Part shown: positions 1-8,944 of the stretch, one piece after another
Numbering within the stretch: the stretch's first letter is position 1
Layout: each line of letters starts with the position of its first letter
Translations under genes and position numbers: made by a program
The notes under the pieces: generated by a model
What the model was told of the DNA's origin: nothing
Databases searched by the model: none
The model's input: only the letters and a program-made list of their open reading frames with translations
Origin: a virus
Lineage: Duplodnaviria > Caudoviricetes
IMG/VR virus record: IMGVR_UViG_3300033552_000007
Location: 1 to 58,634 of that record
Length of the DNA stretch: 58,634 nucleotides
Reading direction: 5' to 3' (one strand)

Positions 1-127
1 ATTAAAACATCGCAAACCAGAACTGCCAAAAATAGGCATTTGCTACAACTGTAACGAACCGGTTAAATCAAACGCCAATTACTGCGACAAAGATTGTAGG
101 TTAGATCATGAGCGCCGCACTGAAAAC
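1..127. repeat. Terminal direct repeat, identical to 58508-58634 (circular assembly overlap)
   Basis: attaaaacatcgc...cactgaaaac occurs at both ends; 127 nt matches a typical assembler k-mer; an ORF reads through the join. Confidence 0.95.
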
Positions 128-141
128 AAGAAAGGAAAGTA

Positions 142-624
142 ATGTACGAACCAAAATACCTAACCCTTGCACGCATGAATATTGGTTTACGTGAATTAAC
201 AGGCCGAAATGACCATCCATTAATTCTAAGTTGGTGGGCTAAGTTCAATTCAAAGTGGCTTTATAAGCAAGCATGGTGCGGCTTATTTGTTGCCCATTGT
301 TTGCATGCGTATGGCCATACTATCCCCGCAACATTTTATCGCGCTAAATCGTTTTTAGATTGGGGCGTTCCTATTGCGTTACCGTGCTTGGGTTGCATAG
401 TAATTTTTGATCGTAAAGGAGGTGGGCATGTTGGCTTTGTAGTGGGTAAAGACAATGCAGGGCGCTTGTTGGTTTTAGGCGGCAATCAAGGCAATAGAGT
501 TTCAATAGAGCCGTTTAAAAATGACCGAGTGCTAGGTTATCGCATACCGCAATACTTTACTGGGGAATTAAAGAGCTTGCCAATTATGAGCAATAGTTTA
601 GCCAGTTCAGCCACCGAGGATTAA
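142..624 (+). CDS. Endolysin, TIGR02594 / NlpC-P60 (CHAP-like) peptidoglycan hydrolase
   Basis: AWCGLFV catalytic Cys, GGGHVGFV His and VLGGNQGN motifs; followed by spanins. Confidence 0.9.
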   Translation: MYEPKYLTLARMNIGLRELTGRNDHPLILSWWAKFNSKWLYKQAWCGLFVAHCLHAYGHTIPATFYRAKSFLDWGVPIALPCLGCIVIFDRKGGGHVGFVVGKDNAGRLLVLGGNQGNRVSIEPFKNDRVLGYRIPQYFTGELKSLPIMSNSLASSATED

Positions 625-626
625 TC

Positions 627-1160
627 ATGATGATACTTTCTATTGCATGGCGCTTTCTTGCTAAATACTGGCCTATTATTTTAGCCATGGTGATACTTGG
701 GTATTGCCTGTATAAATATAACAGCGCTACGGACGAGCGCGACAAAGCAATCAATGAATTAGCGGCTTTTAAGCAAGCAATTGGCATAAAAGTACGTGAA
801 CAAGAGATTGAAAACGTCATTAAGCTGCAAATTGCCAAAACAGAAGTTGTGCAAGCAACGACTACTCACATCAAACAGATCGAGGCCATTAAAAATGATT
901 ATTCAAAACGCAACAAAGTTAATGTTGATACTATCGCTAACCTTCGTGACAGCTTGCGCGCCCAAGTTGCAAGTGATACCTACTCCATGCCCGAAGCTTA
1001 CACCGATACCAAAAGAACTACCGAAGAGTGGCGAAACGACTACGGAACCGTTGTTAAGCAATACGAAACGTTAGTTGATGCGTGTAAGATAACAACTTCT
1101 GATTTTAATCTGTTGCGTGAGTGGGCCGACATTAGCTGCGATCAAGTTGGGTGTGAGTGA
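627..1160 (+). CDS. i-spanin (Rz-like)
   Basis: N-terminal TM segment, coiled-coil body, directly after endolysin, contains an embedded lipoprotein gene. Confidence 0.8.
   Translation: MMILSIAWRFLAKYWPIILAMVILGYCLYKYNSATDERDKAINELAAFKQAIGIKVREQEIENVIKLQIAKTEVVQATTTHIKQIEAIKNDYSKRNKVNVDTIANLRDSLRAQVASDTYSMPEAYTDTKRTTEEWRNDYGTVVKQYETLVDACKITTSDFNLLREWADISCDQVGCE
922..1074 (+). CDS. o-spanin (Rz1-like lipoprotein) embedded in the +1 frame of the i-spanin
   Basis: MLILSLTFVTAC lipobox followed by Pro-rich PTPCPKLTPIP. Confidence 0.8.
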   Translation: MLILSLTFVTACAPKLQVIPTPCPKLTPIPKELPKSGETTTEPLLSNTKR

Positions 1161-2136
1161 TTTTTTGCATTTTATCCGCAAGCTCTTCTATGGTCGGATT
1201 GAAGTAAACGTTTTGCAGTATGCGTAAATCCTTGATACCAACTATTTTGGCTAACTGCATTACGTCATAACCGTTATTGCTTAATCTACTAATAGCCTCA
1301 TGCCTAGTATCGTGCCAGTGAAGATCATCAATTAACGCTTTGCTTTTTGCTTTACGAAACAAGCTATCAATTTGCGATGATCTAAGATTGAACACAAGCA
1401 CTCCATCGCGCGGCAATTCTTCTAAGATTGATTTTGCAACCTGGCTTAATGGCACATCGCGCTTGGTTCCGTTTTTACTCATGGCAATGTGTACGTGTCT
1501 ATCAAAAACGTGTTTCCATAAAAGGTTACTTACTTCACCGGCCCTCATAGCCGTTTCAATTGAGAAAATAAAGGCAGCGCCAACTCTTGAGCTTATATTA
1601 ACTGGCTTACCGTCATAGCCCAAGGCTTCTAATACCCGCTTTATTTCATCACCACTAATTCGCCTTGATCTTGCTTCTGGCGATTTTGGCCTTCTCACTT
1701 CTTTAAATGGATTGTTCTTTAGCCAGCCCCATTCTTTGATTGCTACGTTGCAGGCATGGCTTAATAAATTCCATTCTCGCAATACCGTGCCATCCGATAC
1801 TACTTTAGAGCGCGTATCGCGCCATTTAGCTGCGTCTTTAGCACTCAAGGCCCCAAGCTTTACATTGGCCAGTGGCATTTTATTAGTATTGTTTATCCTT
1901 ATTCGTTCCCACGCTTCACCACGTTTTTTTATACTCTCTTCTTCAAGGTAGCGCGTGAGTAGATCGCTAAAGGTTTTATTCGGCAACTTGCCTAGTACAC
2001 CATCTTCAATATCGGTTTCTATAATCCTCGCCCATGTAGTTGCGGCGGCTTTAGTTAAAAACACCTTGCTTTTACGCACACCTTGCTTGAAAATGAACGC
2101 CCGCCAGCCGTCTTTGTGAGGTTTAATTGAGGCCAT
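1132..2136 (-). CDS. int: Tyrosine recombinase / phage integrase
   Basis: ETAMRAGE (R), SKNG (K), WHDTRH (HxxR), late Tyr in QNVYFNP. Confidence 0.95.
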   Translation of the reverse strand: MASIKPHKDGWRAFIFKQGVRKSKVFLTKAAATTWARIIETDIEDGVLGKLPNKTFSDLLTRYLEEESIKKRGEAWERIRINNTNKMPLANVKLGALSAKDAAKWRDTRSKVVSDGTVLREWNLLSHACNVAIKEWGWLKNNPFKEVRRPKSPEARSRRISGDEIKRVLEALGYDGKPVNISSRVGAAFIFSIETAMRAGEVSNLLWKHVFDRHVHIAMSKNGTKRDVPLSQVAKSILEELPRDGVLVFNLRSSQIDSLFRKAKSKALIDDLHWHDTRHEAISRLSNNGYDVMQLAKIVGIKDLRILQNVYFNPTIEELADKMQKITHTQLDRS

Positions 2137-2137
2137 G

Positions 2138-2350
2138 GCGTGAGTGAATCCGTGTGTGAATTGTGAGTGATGAATTATGTCATCATGTGGGATAGTGTGT
2201 AAATACGTGAGTAAATATGTGTGATTTTAAATAGGTTAAATATGCTTAGAACCAAGTAAAACAAAGGGTTTAGAGGTGTTTTAGTGGTGCCCGGAAGAGG
2301 CACTCAAAACCCTTGTTTTACGCCACATTTAAAGGTGCGTGAGTGATTTT
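2138..2350. promoter_or_regulatory. attP region: core TGGTGCCCGGAAGAGG (2285-2300; reverse complement CCTCTTCCGGGCACCA resembles a tRNA 3' end, probably tRNA-Leu) with GTGAGTGA-type arm repeats
   Basis: CCA-ended tRNA-like core between int and xis; flanking imperfect inverted repeat (gtaaaacaaagggttt / aaacccttgttttac); (C/T)GTG(A/T)GT(G/A)A repeats near 2139, 2150, 2162, 2206 and 2338. Confidence 0.75.
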
Positions 2351-2356
2351 TTACTG

Positions 2357-2551
2357 TCACGCTGCAAGCTCAATATCGTAGTATTTATATATCTCATGGC
2401 GTTTAAAAAACTTTTGGCCTGTTTTACCTTCACGGCGAGGCTTTGGGTAATCTGGGTGCATAGAATCACGCTCATTAATCACCCTGGCACTACGATTGCC
2501 GCCAAATATCTCGTTTGATATATCTTCTGATGTCATAAATGCTGGTTTCAT
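2357..2551 (-). CDS. xis: Excisionase / AlpA-like winged-helix protein
   Basis: 64 aa, HPDYPKPR...KFFKRHEI pattern, adjacent to attP. Confidence 0.7.
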   Translation of the reverse strand: MKPAFMTSEDISNEIFGGNRSARVINERDSMHPDYPKPRREGKTGQKFFKRHEIYKYYDIELAA

Positions 2552-2560
2552 TTCATCCCC

Positions 2561-2896
2561 TTATTTCAAATATCTATCTGCAAGTCCAGTAGCAACTAAC
2601 ATTTCGTTTAGCGATATGCCATCTGCAATCCATATTTCAGCTAACAATCTGCCGTACTTATCGCTTTTGTAAGTGTCAATCACATACGTTTCGCCTATCT
2701 TGATCGTGTCTAGCACAAACTGCTTAGCCTGCACTGCCAGCGCGCGCTGTACTGGATCAGTTGAGTTAAGCTCTGGCGCATTGATGCCATACAAACGTAA
2801 ACGATGCTTCATGCCAACGTAGAAGCCCAAATCCACAAGCATATCAACTGTGTCAGCATCCACTACATTCAATAATTTTGCTTTGTATTGATACAT
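2561..2896 (-). CDS. Thermonuclease (SNase-like)
   Basis: VVDADTV, RLRLYGINAPE, DKYGRLLA and LNEMLVATGLA motifs. Confidence 0.9.
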   Translation of the reverse strand: MYQYKAKLLNVVDADTVDMLVDLGFYVGMKHRLRLYGINAPELNSTDPVQRALAVQAKQFVLDTIKIGETYVIDTYKSDKYGRLLAEIWIADGISLNEMLVATGLADRYLK

Positions 2897-3132
2897 TATT
2901 TTTCATCCTTAAAATCTATTGCTTTAACTGGAACAAATGTATAGTCGCCATAACCAACTTCTACCCGATGATAGATTTTCAAATCATCACCTGTAGGGCA
3001 GGTTGTATTAAGCTCGCACTTTCTGTAATACATGCCGTGATAGCCTCTTATAAAATATTCATCCGTCATTAATTCAGGTTCTTTCTCACAACCCATCAAC
3101 GATAAAGCCAGTAGTGCGATTAATGGTTTCAT
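2896..3132 (-). CDS. Small lipoprotein
   Basis: MKPLIALLALSLMGC lipobox. Confidence 0.65.
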   Translation of the reverse strand: MKPLIALLALSLMGCEKEPELMTDEYFIRGYHGMYYRKCELNTTCPTGDDLKIYHRVEVGYGDYTFVPVKAIDFKDEK

Positions 3133-3281
3133 TTACAACCTCTTTTAGGTAAATTATCCCGAACATAAATCATTGGGTTTGGCTTTTTTCTCTCAATAAA
3201 AAAAGAACAAATTAAACGCATAACTAACAAAATTAGGATTGTAGTTATTAATGCAATAAACATTGCAAATAATGGTTTCAT
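3129..3281 (-). CDS. Small membrane protein (50 aa, not in ORF track)
   Basis: MKPLFAMFIALITTILILLVMRL...; AAGGA RBS; ATGA overlap with the next gene. Confidence 0.55.
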   Translation of the reverse strand: MKPLFAMFIALITTILILLVMRLICSFFIERKKPNPMIYVRDNLPKRGCK

Positions 3282-3290
3282 TTCACATCC

Positions 3291-3533
3291 TTAAAATAAT
3301 TTTGCAAAATATTTATAAATATTACTAAAAAATGTTTTTTGTTTATTCTGCATTACTGTTTCAAAATTATTAATAGAAAAAGCCCCATCTTCCCATTCGG
3401 TATAACTTATTTTATCGTTTTGGTCAGTTCGCTTAGTCCTAAAAAGAGCAAACAAAGCATCACCACGCATTTCATATTTCTGCTGCATTTCAACATGAAT
3501 AACATTTACTACATAAGTCGTTGCTGCGTTCAT
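3291..3533 (-). CDS. Hypothetical protein flanked by 18-nt direct repeats
   Basis: ORF with RBS, coupled to neighbours. Confidence 0.6.
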   Translation of the reverse strand: MNAATTYVVNVIHVEMQQKYEMRGDALFALFRTKRTDQNDKISYTEWEDGAFSINNFETVMQNKQKTFFSNIYKYFAKLF

Positions 3534-3886
3534 TTCACATCCTTAACTTTTGCGAGGGCTTCAAGTGCAATTGCATGTGCAGACGAACCACTGCTAGATA
3601 GCGCCAAAATACCAATAAAATAATTAATGCTTTTATCAATCCTAGCCTGCATCTGCGCTATCTCTGTGCTGTTATATACGCGTTGCTTGGTGCGATACGC
3701 TTCAAGTTCGGTTTGCATCTGCGCGATTTTAGCGGTGCTTTCTGCGGTGGCGGCTTGCCAACTTAGCCAGTTATTTTCGTCAAAATGTGTTATCTCTGAT
3801 TCTGGTATTCCAGCTAATCCTACAGTTGCACATAGCCCTTCTTCAATGGCCCACGCCTCAAAATCTTCTCTCATTTTATCTGTCAT
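3530..3886 (-). CDS. Hypothetical early protein (REDFEAW...WQAA phage motif)
   Basis: Motif common in lambdoid early-left genes; internal TAxIAQMQ repeat. Confidence 0.65.
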   Translation of the reverse strand: MTDKMREDFEAWAIEEGLCATVGLAGIPESEITHFDENNWLSWQAATAESTAKIAQMQTELEAYRTKQRVYNSTEIAQMQARIDKSINYFIGILALSSSGSSAHAIALEALAKVKDVK

Positions 3887-3889
3887 TTT

Positions 3890-4036
3890 TTATCCTTTCG
3901 CCACTAAACTTAAAACTAATAATAAAATCGCTAAAATTAAATAAATCCCAGCTAAAACTGTTCTAAATTTTATGGATAAATTTGGCGCTATCATAATATT
4001 TGCCGAAATAACTAAAAAAAGTATAGCGTATGTCAT
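3890..4036 (-). CDS. Small two-TM membrane protein (48 aa, not in ORF track)
   Basis: MTYAILFLVISANIMIAP...GIYLILAILLLVLSLVAKG fills the gap exactly. Confidence 0.5.
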   Translation of the reverse strand: MTYAILFLVISANIMIAPNLSIKFRTVLAGIYLILAILLLVLSLVAKG

Positions 4037-4038
4037 AT

Positions 4039-4548
4039 TCACCCTTTCGCTGGCGGTTGTGGCTGATCTATTAGAGCGCGGATAGCATCAGCAATATCAG
4101 CAGGGTGCGTAGATTTGTCTGCGTCATCACAAATTTTAGCCGCTTTCTCTAGTGCGTCACGTACTGTTTGCGGTTGTGGTGGTGCAAGGTAGACAGGTTT
4201 CCATACTGTGTTTGGTTCTTCAATCATCCAGTTTTTAAGATTATTTTCAAAGTTACCAAATTCATCAATATATCCAACTGGCTCACTATTCTGAGGTTGT
4301 GGTGGTGCAAGGTAGACTATGCGTCTAGGGTAAATGTCTTTTCGTAGGCTGTAAAAATCTGCGTGTACTGCTTGCCAAACTTCTGCCCTGTTGTAATCTA
4401 TTTCGTATATCGGCTCACTATTCTGCCTATTCGATAAATCAATGGTTGCGGTTAGTTGGGCCTCGTTTAGCATTAATGAACCATCGTCCGCAATGTCTTT
4501 GCAGTCAGTTGCACCACATTCTTTAGCAATATCTAAAACTGTTTTCAT
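4039..4548 (-). CDS. Ead/Ea22-like modular early protein with internal duplication
   Basis: Repeated QNSEP...VYLAPPQPQ units; ALEKAAKICD...ADAIRAL C-terminus. Confidence 0.65.
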   Translation of the reverse strand: MKTVLDIAKECGATDCKDIADDGSLMLNEAQLTATIDLSNRQNSEPIYEIDYNRAEVWQAVHADFYSLRKDIYPRRIVYLAPPQPQNSEPVGYIDEFGNFENNLKNWMIEEPNTVWKPVYLAPPQPQTVRDALEKAAKICDDADKSTHPADIADAIRALIDQPQPPAKG

Positions 4549-4774
4549 ATTTAGTCCTTATTTAATACCATTTTGTTAGCTTCAACATTATGGTCTAGCT
4601 TGCGGTATTCGGTCATTGATTTCATAGCCATGGTTCTCTTTTCCGTTTAGCGCGGTCTTTTTGGGCGCGGCGCTTAGATCCCTTTGGTTGTTTAGCCATA
4701 ATTACCTCTCTTGTAATATCCAATCCAATCAGCACTATTGCTAATGCTTCATGGGTTGGGTACTTGTAAACTTC

Positions 4775-5263
4775 TTATTTATTAAAAGATTGCGATATTT
4801 TGTTGAAAAAACCTTGTTTGTCTAGCTCAATAACTTCTTTAGAAGCAACTACAAATCTTTCTAATAAAACAAGTTTTGATTCAAAATCCTTTACAAGAAC
4901 CTTATCAATTCTTGCCATAGCCTCACCAACTTGATTAGAATAATCTTTAGATTTTTGTGTCAGAATCTTTGCATTTTCTATTAATTCTGCTTGGTTATTT
5001 AGTAAATCTTTTACGGCTATCCTGTAATTTTTCGTATGGTCAAAAAGAGTTTTTGTAGATTCCTTAATCAATTTAGTTGCGTTTTCATCAGCTAAATAAC
5101 CAACTTTTGCATTTTCATGATTAGTAGAATCCTTTATGTGATTTAACGCATCATTGACTTGCTCTTGTTTTGTTATTTCAAAATCTGCATTAAATTTTGC
5201 TGATTCTTTAATTCTAGTTAAATCTTTTCCCATGATTAAGCCGCCTTTCTCTTTTGATCCCAC
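4775..5263 (-). CDS. Hypothetical coiled-coil protein (AT-rich; likely start at 5233)
   Basis: Long ORF in the early-left operon. Confidence 0.65.
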   Translation of the reverse strand: MGSKEKGGLIMGKDLTRIKESAKFNADFEITKQEQVNDALNHIKDSTNHENAKVGYLADENATKLIKESTKTLFDHTKNYRIAVKDLLNNQAELIENAKILTQKSKDYSNQVGEAMARIDKVLVKDFESKLVLLERFVVASKEVIELDKQGFFNKISQSFNK

Positions 5264-6924
5264 TTAGTAAAATCCGCGTCAATCAAATACTTGTGGGCGT
5301 GTAATTCATCTACCTTAAAAGCGATGGCCAACGCCGTTACAATCTCATTAATCGTAGGTACTGCGCCTGCAAAGTATTGCGTGGGCACAATGGCTGGGGT
5401 GAATATGTTGCCAAACTCGGCCTGCATTGTTTGTGGCAAGATAGCTGGCTTAACTTCAACCATTTTGTTGGCTTCAACAATATGGTTAGTTGTAACTGTT
5501 TCAACCGCTTGTTTAGCGAGCATGGCGGCTTCTGCATCAGCTTTAATTTTGGCTTCTTTAGCTTCAAATTCTGCCTTGCAATCGCTTATGCGGGTTTTAA
5601 CTATTAATTTAAAATCTTCATCATCTTTGTAAATAATCTGCTGCAAGTCGTTAAACAAAAATCTGTAATCCATTGAGTTTTGTTTAAACCAAAATACTTT
5701 TGCACGAATATCACGCGCCATGGCATCAGCCGCTATTTTTCCGCTTGCTAGGGCATCGTTTAAACGTGAGTGCATAGTGTCTAATGACTTCACGTTTTTA
5801 AACGATCCTGCGAAGTCTGGCATTGGTAGATTTAAACGTGTTGGCGCAATTTCAGCTTCTAAGGATTGCACATGATCCGTGTAAGCTTGGCGCGTTTTTA
5901 ATACGGCATTGGTCTTAATCGTTTCTTTCTGTTCTTTAACGGCCTTTTCTAAGCGTAAGCCAACTTTGTTAAACGCCTCTTCATAGTTGCTTAGTACGCC
6001 ATCAACCGCGTTTACATCAACCATTTGCGCAATGATGTTGGCGCGCAGTGCTTTAATACGAGTTGCCATATCACGGCAGTTTTTACTATTGGCTTCGGCA
6101 TCTGCAAATTGTTGGTCTGTTGAAAGTTCTGTATTAATCGCGCCTAGATATTCGTCAAACATAGGTGTAATTTCACCTAGATTGCTGGCGGTAATTTCAC
6201 CTTTAACAACCACGCTAGGCACTGGCAAAGCCTTAATGGTTTCAGCTTCTACCTTTTCAACGATAACGGGCGGCACGTAGGTTGCTAAGTCTTTTTCAAA
6301 CTGCGCCCAGCCATCAATAATTTGCTGGCGTAACTCTAAATCTGGCATATACCAAGCGTGCTGTTCTTCAATGAAATAGAAATAATGCTTAGTGCCGTCA
6401 TCATCGGTATAAACATGCTCGGTTTCATTCATGGTTTTTTGCCATTTAGACGCCATGAATAAACATTTTTCGGCGCCACTTACCATGATCTGATGTTCCA
6501 TTTGGGCGCGATACATCAATGGCAAGTCTTGGCCATCGCCGCCATTACCAAAATGGGCGCGCAATTTATCGTTTAATGATTTATGCTCAAAAATTACACT
6601 TTTATCAAACGTAATACCATCAAAAGAGGCGCTAAACTCGCCATCAGTGCCAACAGTAGGCGACAAGCCATCTTGTATGATGGCTTCCGCTAAAGGTCGC
6701 GCCAATGCCTCATAAATATGGCCTAAATTAAAAATATCTTGGGTTTTTTCTGATACTTCTGGTTTTAATCCAGTAGCTAATTCATGCAAAAACTGTTCAC
6801 GTTTTTTGTACTCACTTACACTAAGAACGGTGGCCGTATCGCTGGCGTTTTTGTAGTTAGCACGGTGTTCGTGCCATGCTGCGCTACCTTGTACTAAATT
6901 TACTGTTTGCATTTTATTTCTCAC
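5236..6924 (-). CDS. YqaJ-type (lambda-exonuclease family) recombination nuclease with long helical C-terminal extension
   Basis: QGSAAWHEHR, GHIYEALAR, SASFDG, FEHK and YRAQMEHQ motifs; adjacent to RecT. Confidence 0.9.
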   Translation of the reverse strand: MRNKMQTVNLVQGSAAWHEHRANYKNASDTATVLSVSEYKKREQFLHELATGLKPEVSEKTQDIFNLGHIYEALARPLAEAIIQDGLSPTVGTDGEFSASFDGITFDKSVIFEHKSLNDKLRAHFGNGGDGQDLPLMYRAQMEHQIMVSGAEKCLFMASKWQKTMNETEHVYTDDDGTKHYFYFIEEQHAWYMPDLELRQQIIDGWAQFEKDLATYVPPVIVEKVEAETIKALPVPSVVVKGEITASNLGEITPMFDEYLGAINTELSTDQQFADAEANSKNCRDMATRIKALRANIIAQMVDVNAVDGVLSNYEEAFNKVGLRLEKAVKEQKETIKTNAVLKTRQAYTDHVQSLEAEIAPTRLNLPMPDFAGSFKNVKSLDTMHSRLNDALASGKIAADAMARDIRAKVFWFKQNSMDYRFLFNDLQQIIYKDDEDFKLIVKTRISDCKAEFEAKEAKIKADAEAAMLAKQAVETVTTNHIVEANKMVEVKPAILPQTMQAEFGNIFTPAIVPTQYFAGAVPTINEIVTALAIAFKVDELHAHKYLIDADFTKWDQKRKAA

Positions 6925-7894
6925 TTTCGGCTTGGTTCATTTGAGTGACAAAATCGTCCTGCACTTTTGTTGCTTCACCTTCCACCACTACAGGCCCAGG
7001 CTCTACCCATAAAGTGATCTCTTCTTTTTGCGATGCGGTTAGTTTTTTAACGGACTTGGTATCAACCCAATTAAAAAATTCCTCTGTCTTGCTGCCAGAC
7101 TTAACGCCTTTAAAGTAGGTTTTTTTCCATCTGTCGGTGTTTTCAATAAAGTCTTGATCCGTGTAATAAACCGTTGGCGCTGGTTCAGTTTGTGTATTTC
7201 TAGGCATGGGCGTAACGTCTTTTTCTTGCGGTGAACCGTCTTGAATTTCGTCCGCCGTGTAAACGCCCAATATGACGCCTGGTGTGTATAGCCTTGCCCA
7301 GCGCTTTTGCGCAAGGTAAGCAAGCTGCTGGCGTGGATCGTCTGCCCATAACGTAGAGTTGCGAACGTTGGCTTGCGTTAATAGCAAGTCTAAGTTGCGA
7401 GGTTCATTTTCACCCCTAAGTGTGGCCCACACCTTAACGCCAAGACCCACTTCGTCTGTTGCCGGCCAGTCTGGGAATTTGTATTTTTTTGCAAAGCCTT
7501 TATCGTCTGTTTTGGTTTTGCTTTCTACTTCTTTAAACTTGCCTAGAATTTTTGGCCAATCGCCATACCATTCAAAGTGAAAATTATCTCTAGTGGCGCC
7601 AGACTGATTAATAGCGGCGGCAACTAACTGCGCCTCATAACCAATAGTGCCATTAACGAAGTGCGTTTTTTGGGCTACTGCAAACGGGTTCATTTTCCAT
7701 TGTGCGGCTTGCATTACTACCGCTAAACAGTTAGCAGGGTTTTTGCGGTATGGCTCTGGTAACGTTAATGTGCCGCCCGACATAAACGTGGCAACATTCA
7801 TCATGTGATTCATTGCTTTTTCATCTAAAACCAAATTGTCTGTATTGATAACCGACAATTCGTTGCTATGCGATTGCTCTAAAACTGCGCTCAT
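6914..7894 (-). CDS. recT: RecT-family single-strand annealing protein
   Basis: CLAVVMQAAQWKMNPFAVAQKT, GYEAQLV, WADDPRQQLAY, PGVILGVYTADE. Confidence 0.9.
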   Translation of the reverse strand: MSAVLEQSHSNELSVINTDNLVLDEKAMNHMMNVATFMSGGTLTLPEPYRKNPANCLAVVMQAAQWKMNPFAVAQKTHFVNGTIGYEAQLVAAAINQSGATRDNFHFEWYGDWPKILGKFKEVESKTKTDDKGFAKKYKFPDWPATDEVGLGVKVWATLRGENEPRNLDLLLTQANVRNSTLWADDPRQQLAYLAQKRWARLYTPGVILGVYTADEIQDGSPQEKDVTPMPRNTQTEPAPTVYYTDQDFIENTDRWKKTYFKGVKSGSKTEEFFNWVDTKSVKKLTASQKEEITLWVEPGPVVVEGEATKVQDDFVTQMNQAESEK

Positions 7895-7898
7895 GGTG

Positions 7899-8090
7899 TT
7901 ACTCCTTTTCCAGTTGAATCATTAATTTTTTATATTGAATTGCTTGGCAAGTATCGTTAATGGCTTCTGTTAAAAACTTGCTATTCTGTGTTTGCTTGTA
8001 AAAAAACAAAGCACACTTAGCGTTACTTATGCGCGTTTCGTAATTGCGCTTGGCGTTTAACAAATCCCATTTTTTGCCGATGTAGATCAT
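7899..8090 (-). CDS. Hypothetical protein
   Basis: Coupled ORF in the early-left operon. Confidence 0.55.
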   Translation of the reverse strand: MIYIGKKWDLLNAKRNYETRISNAKCALFFYKQTQNSKFLTEAINDTCQAIQYKKLMIQLEKE

Positions 8091-8332
8091 TTGTTGCGCG
8101 CTTTTAGCATTGCGTCTGCGTAGGCATAAGCACCTAGTGCAACTGCTTCGTACTCTTTCGCGTCATCATCAACATTAATAAGAAGAGCATCAGTTTTAGA
8201 TACAATTGCTTGCATCGCTTTAGCCGCAAAGTAATCGCGTAATTCCATGCCTTCACTGAAAGCATACATTCCGCAACCATCTTCGCCATCAAGCCTTAAT
8301 CTTGCGGCTGGAAATGCTGTATTATTTTTCAT
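8087..8332 (-). CDS. Conserved phage protein (GMxLRDYFAAKAMQ...AYxYADAMLKAR family)
   Basis: Strongly recognisable phage motif. Confidence 0.8.
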   Translation of the reverse strand: MKNNTAFPAARLRLDGEDGCGMYAFSEGMELRDYFAAKAMQAIVSKTDALLINVDDDAKEYEAVALGAYAYADAMLKARNK

Positions 8333-8334
8333 AA

Positions 8335-8514
8335 CTAAGCGGCCTCTGGTGATGTAAAAGAAGCCATAACACGGCGACTATCAAGCGATACCACATTGCT
8401 AACCTTAACGTCTGGCTTACACACTAAACGCAGGCCAGCCGCTTTAATGTTGGCCACGTCTGCATCGTCTAACTCACGCTTAATGTTGTTTAATTCGTTT
8501 AAGTAGTTGTTCAT
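8335..8514 (-). CDS. Hypothetical protein (59 aa, not in ORF track)
   Basis: MNNYLNELNN...PEAA with AAGGGA RBS, fills the gap. Confidence 0.55.
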   Translation of the reverse strand: MNNYLNELNNIKRELDDADVANIKAAGLRLVCKPDVKVSNVVSLDSRRVMASFTSPEAA

Positions 8515-8516
8515 GA

Positions 8517-8654
8517 TTAATTCCCTTGCAGTCTATGTTTGCCAGATGAATATAAATAAAACGTATGGCGCACCCATTGCTTCCTCATAAAATTGCATGT
8601 TGGGTAAAGCTCTTTTGAACGAGCAATCAAACCTTTTAAACTTCTGTCTTTCAT
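8517..8654 (-). CDS. Hypothetical protein (start at MKDRSL)
   Basis: AAGGG RBS before the ATG at 8654. Confidence 0.5.
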   Translation of the reverse strand: MKDRSLKGLIARSKELYPTCNFMRKQWVRHTFYLYSSGKHRLQGN

Positions 8655-8664
8655 GATTAACCCT

Positions 8665-8784
8665 TTATTGAGTTGATAAATAAATGAACATAAAAACAGC
8701 GGCGCCAATGATTGCGGCCCTTAAAACGTAAATGCCAAGGCTTTCATCAGTAAGTTCGCTTAATGGATCAAGTAAGTTTTTCAT
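8665..8784 (-). CDS. First PL-operon gene, small membrane peptide (39 aa)
   Basis: MKNLLDPL...AAIIGAAVFMFIYLSTQ directly downstream of PL. Confidence 0.45.
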   Translation of the reverse strand: MKNLLDPLSELTDESLGIYVLRAAIIGAAVFMFIYLSTQ

Positions 8785-8826
8785 CTTGTACCGTTTCGTT
8801 AATGCCGCGTTTTGCGGCGTTAAGTA

Positions 8827-8869
8827 ACGATAGGCCTAACTATCAACAATGTCAATAGGTAACTCTATC
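8827..8869 (-). promoter_or_regulatory. PL promoter (TTGACA-17-TATCGT) overlapped by two operators, (G/A)ATAG-N6-CTATC, at 8829-8844 and 8854-8869
   Basis: Read directly on the minus strand; palindromic operators match the PR operator. Confidence 0.8.
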
Positions 8870-8944
8870 ATTTTTTACGTGCAGACGAAAAAAAAGGGCT
8901 TGTTAGGCCCTTGTGGTACGTTTTGATACTTAATGAGATTGTTA

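Noticed and set aside
1-127. Terminal repeat as a biological direct terminal repeat
   Set aside because: Exactly 127 nt and cuts through a gene; best explained as assembly overlap of a circular or permuted genome
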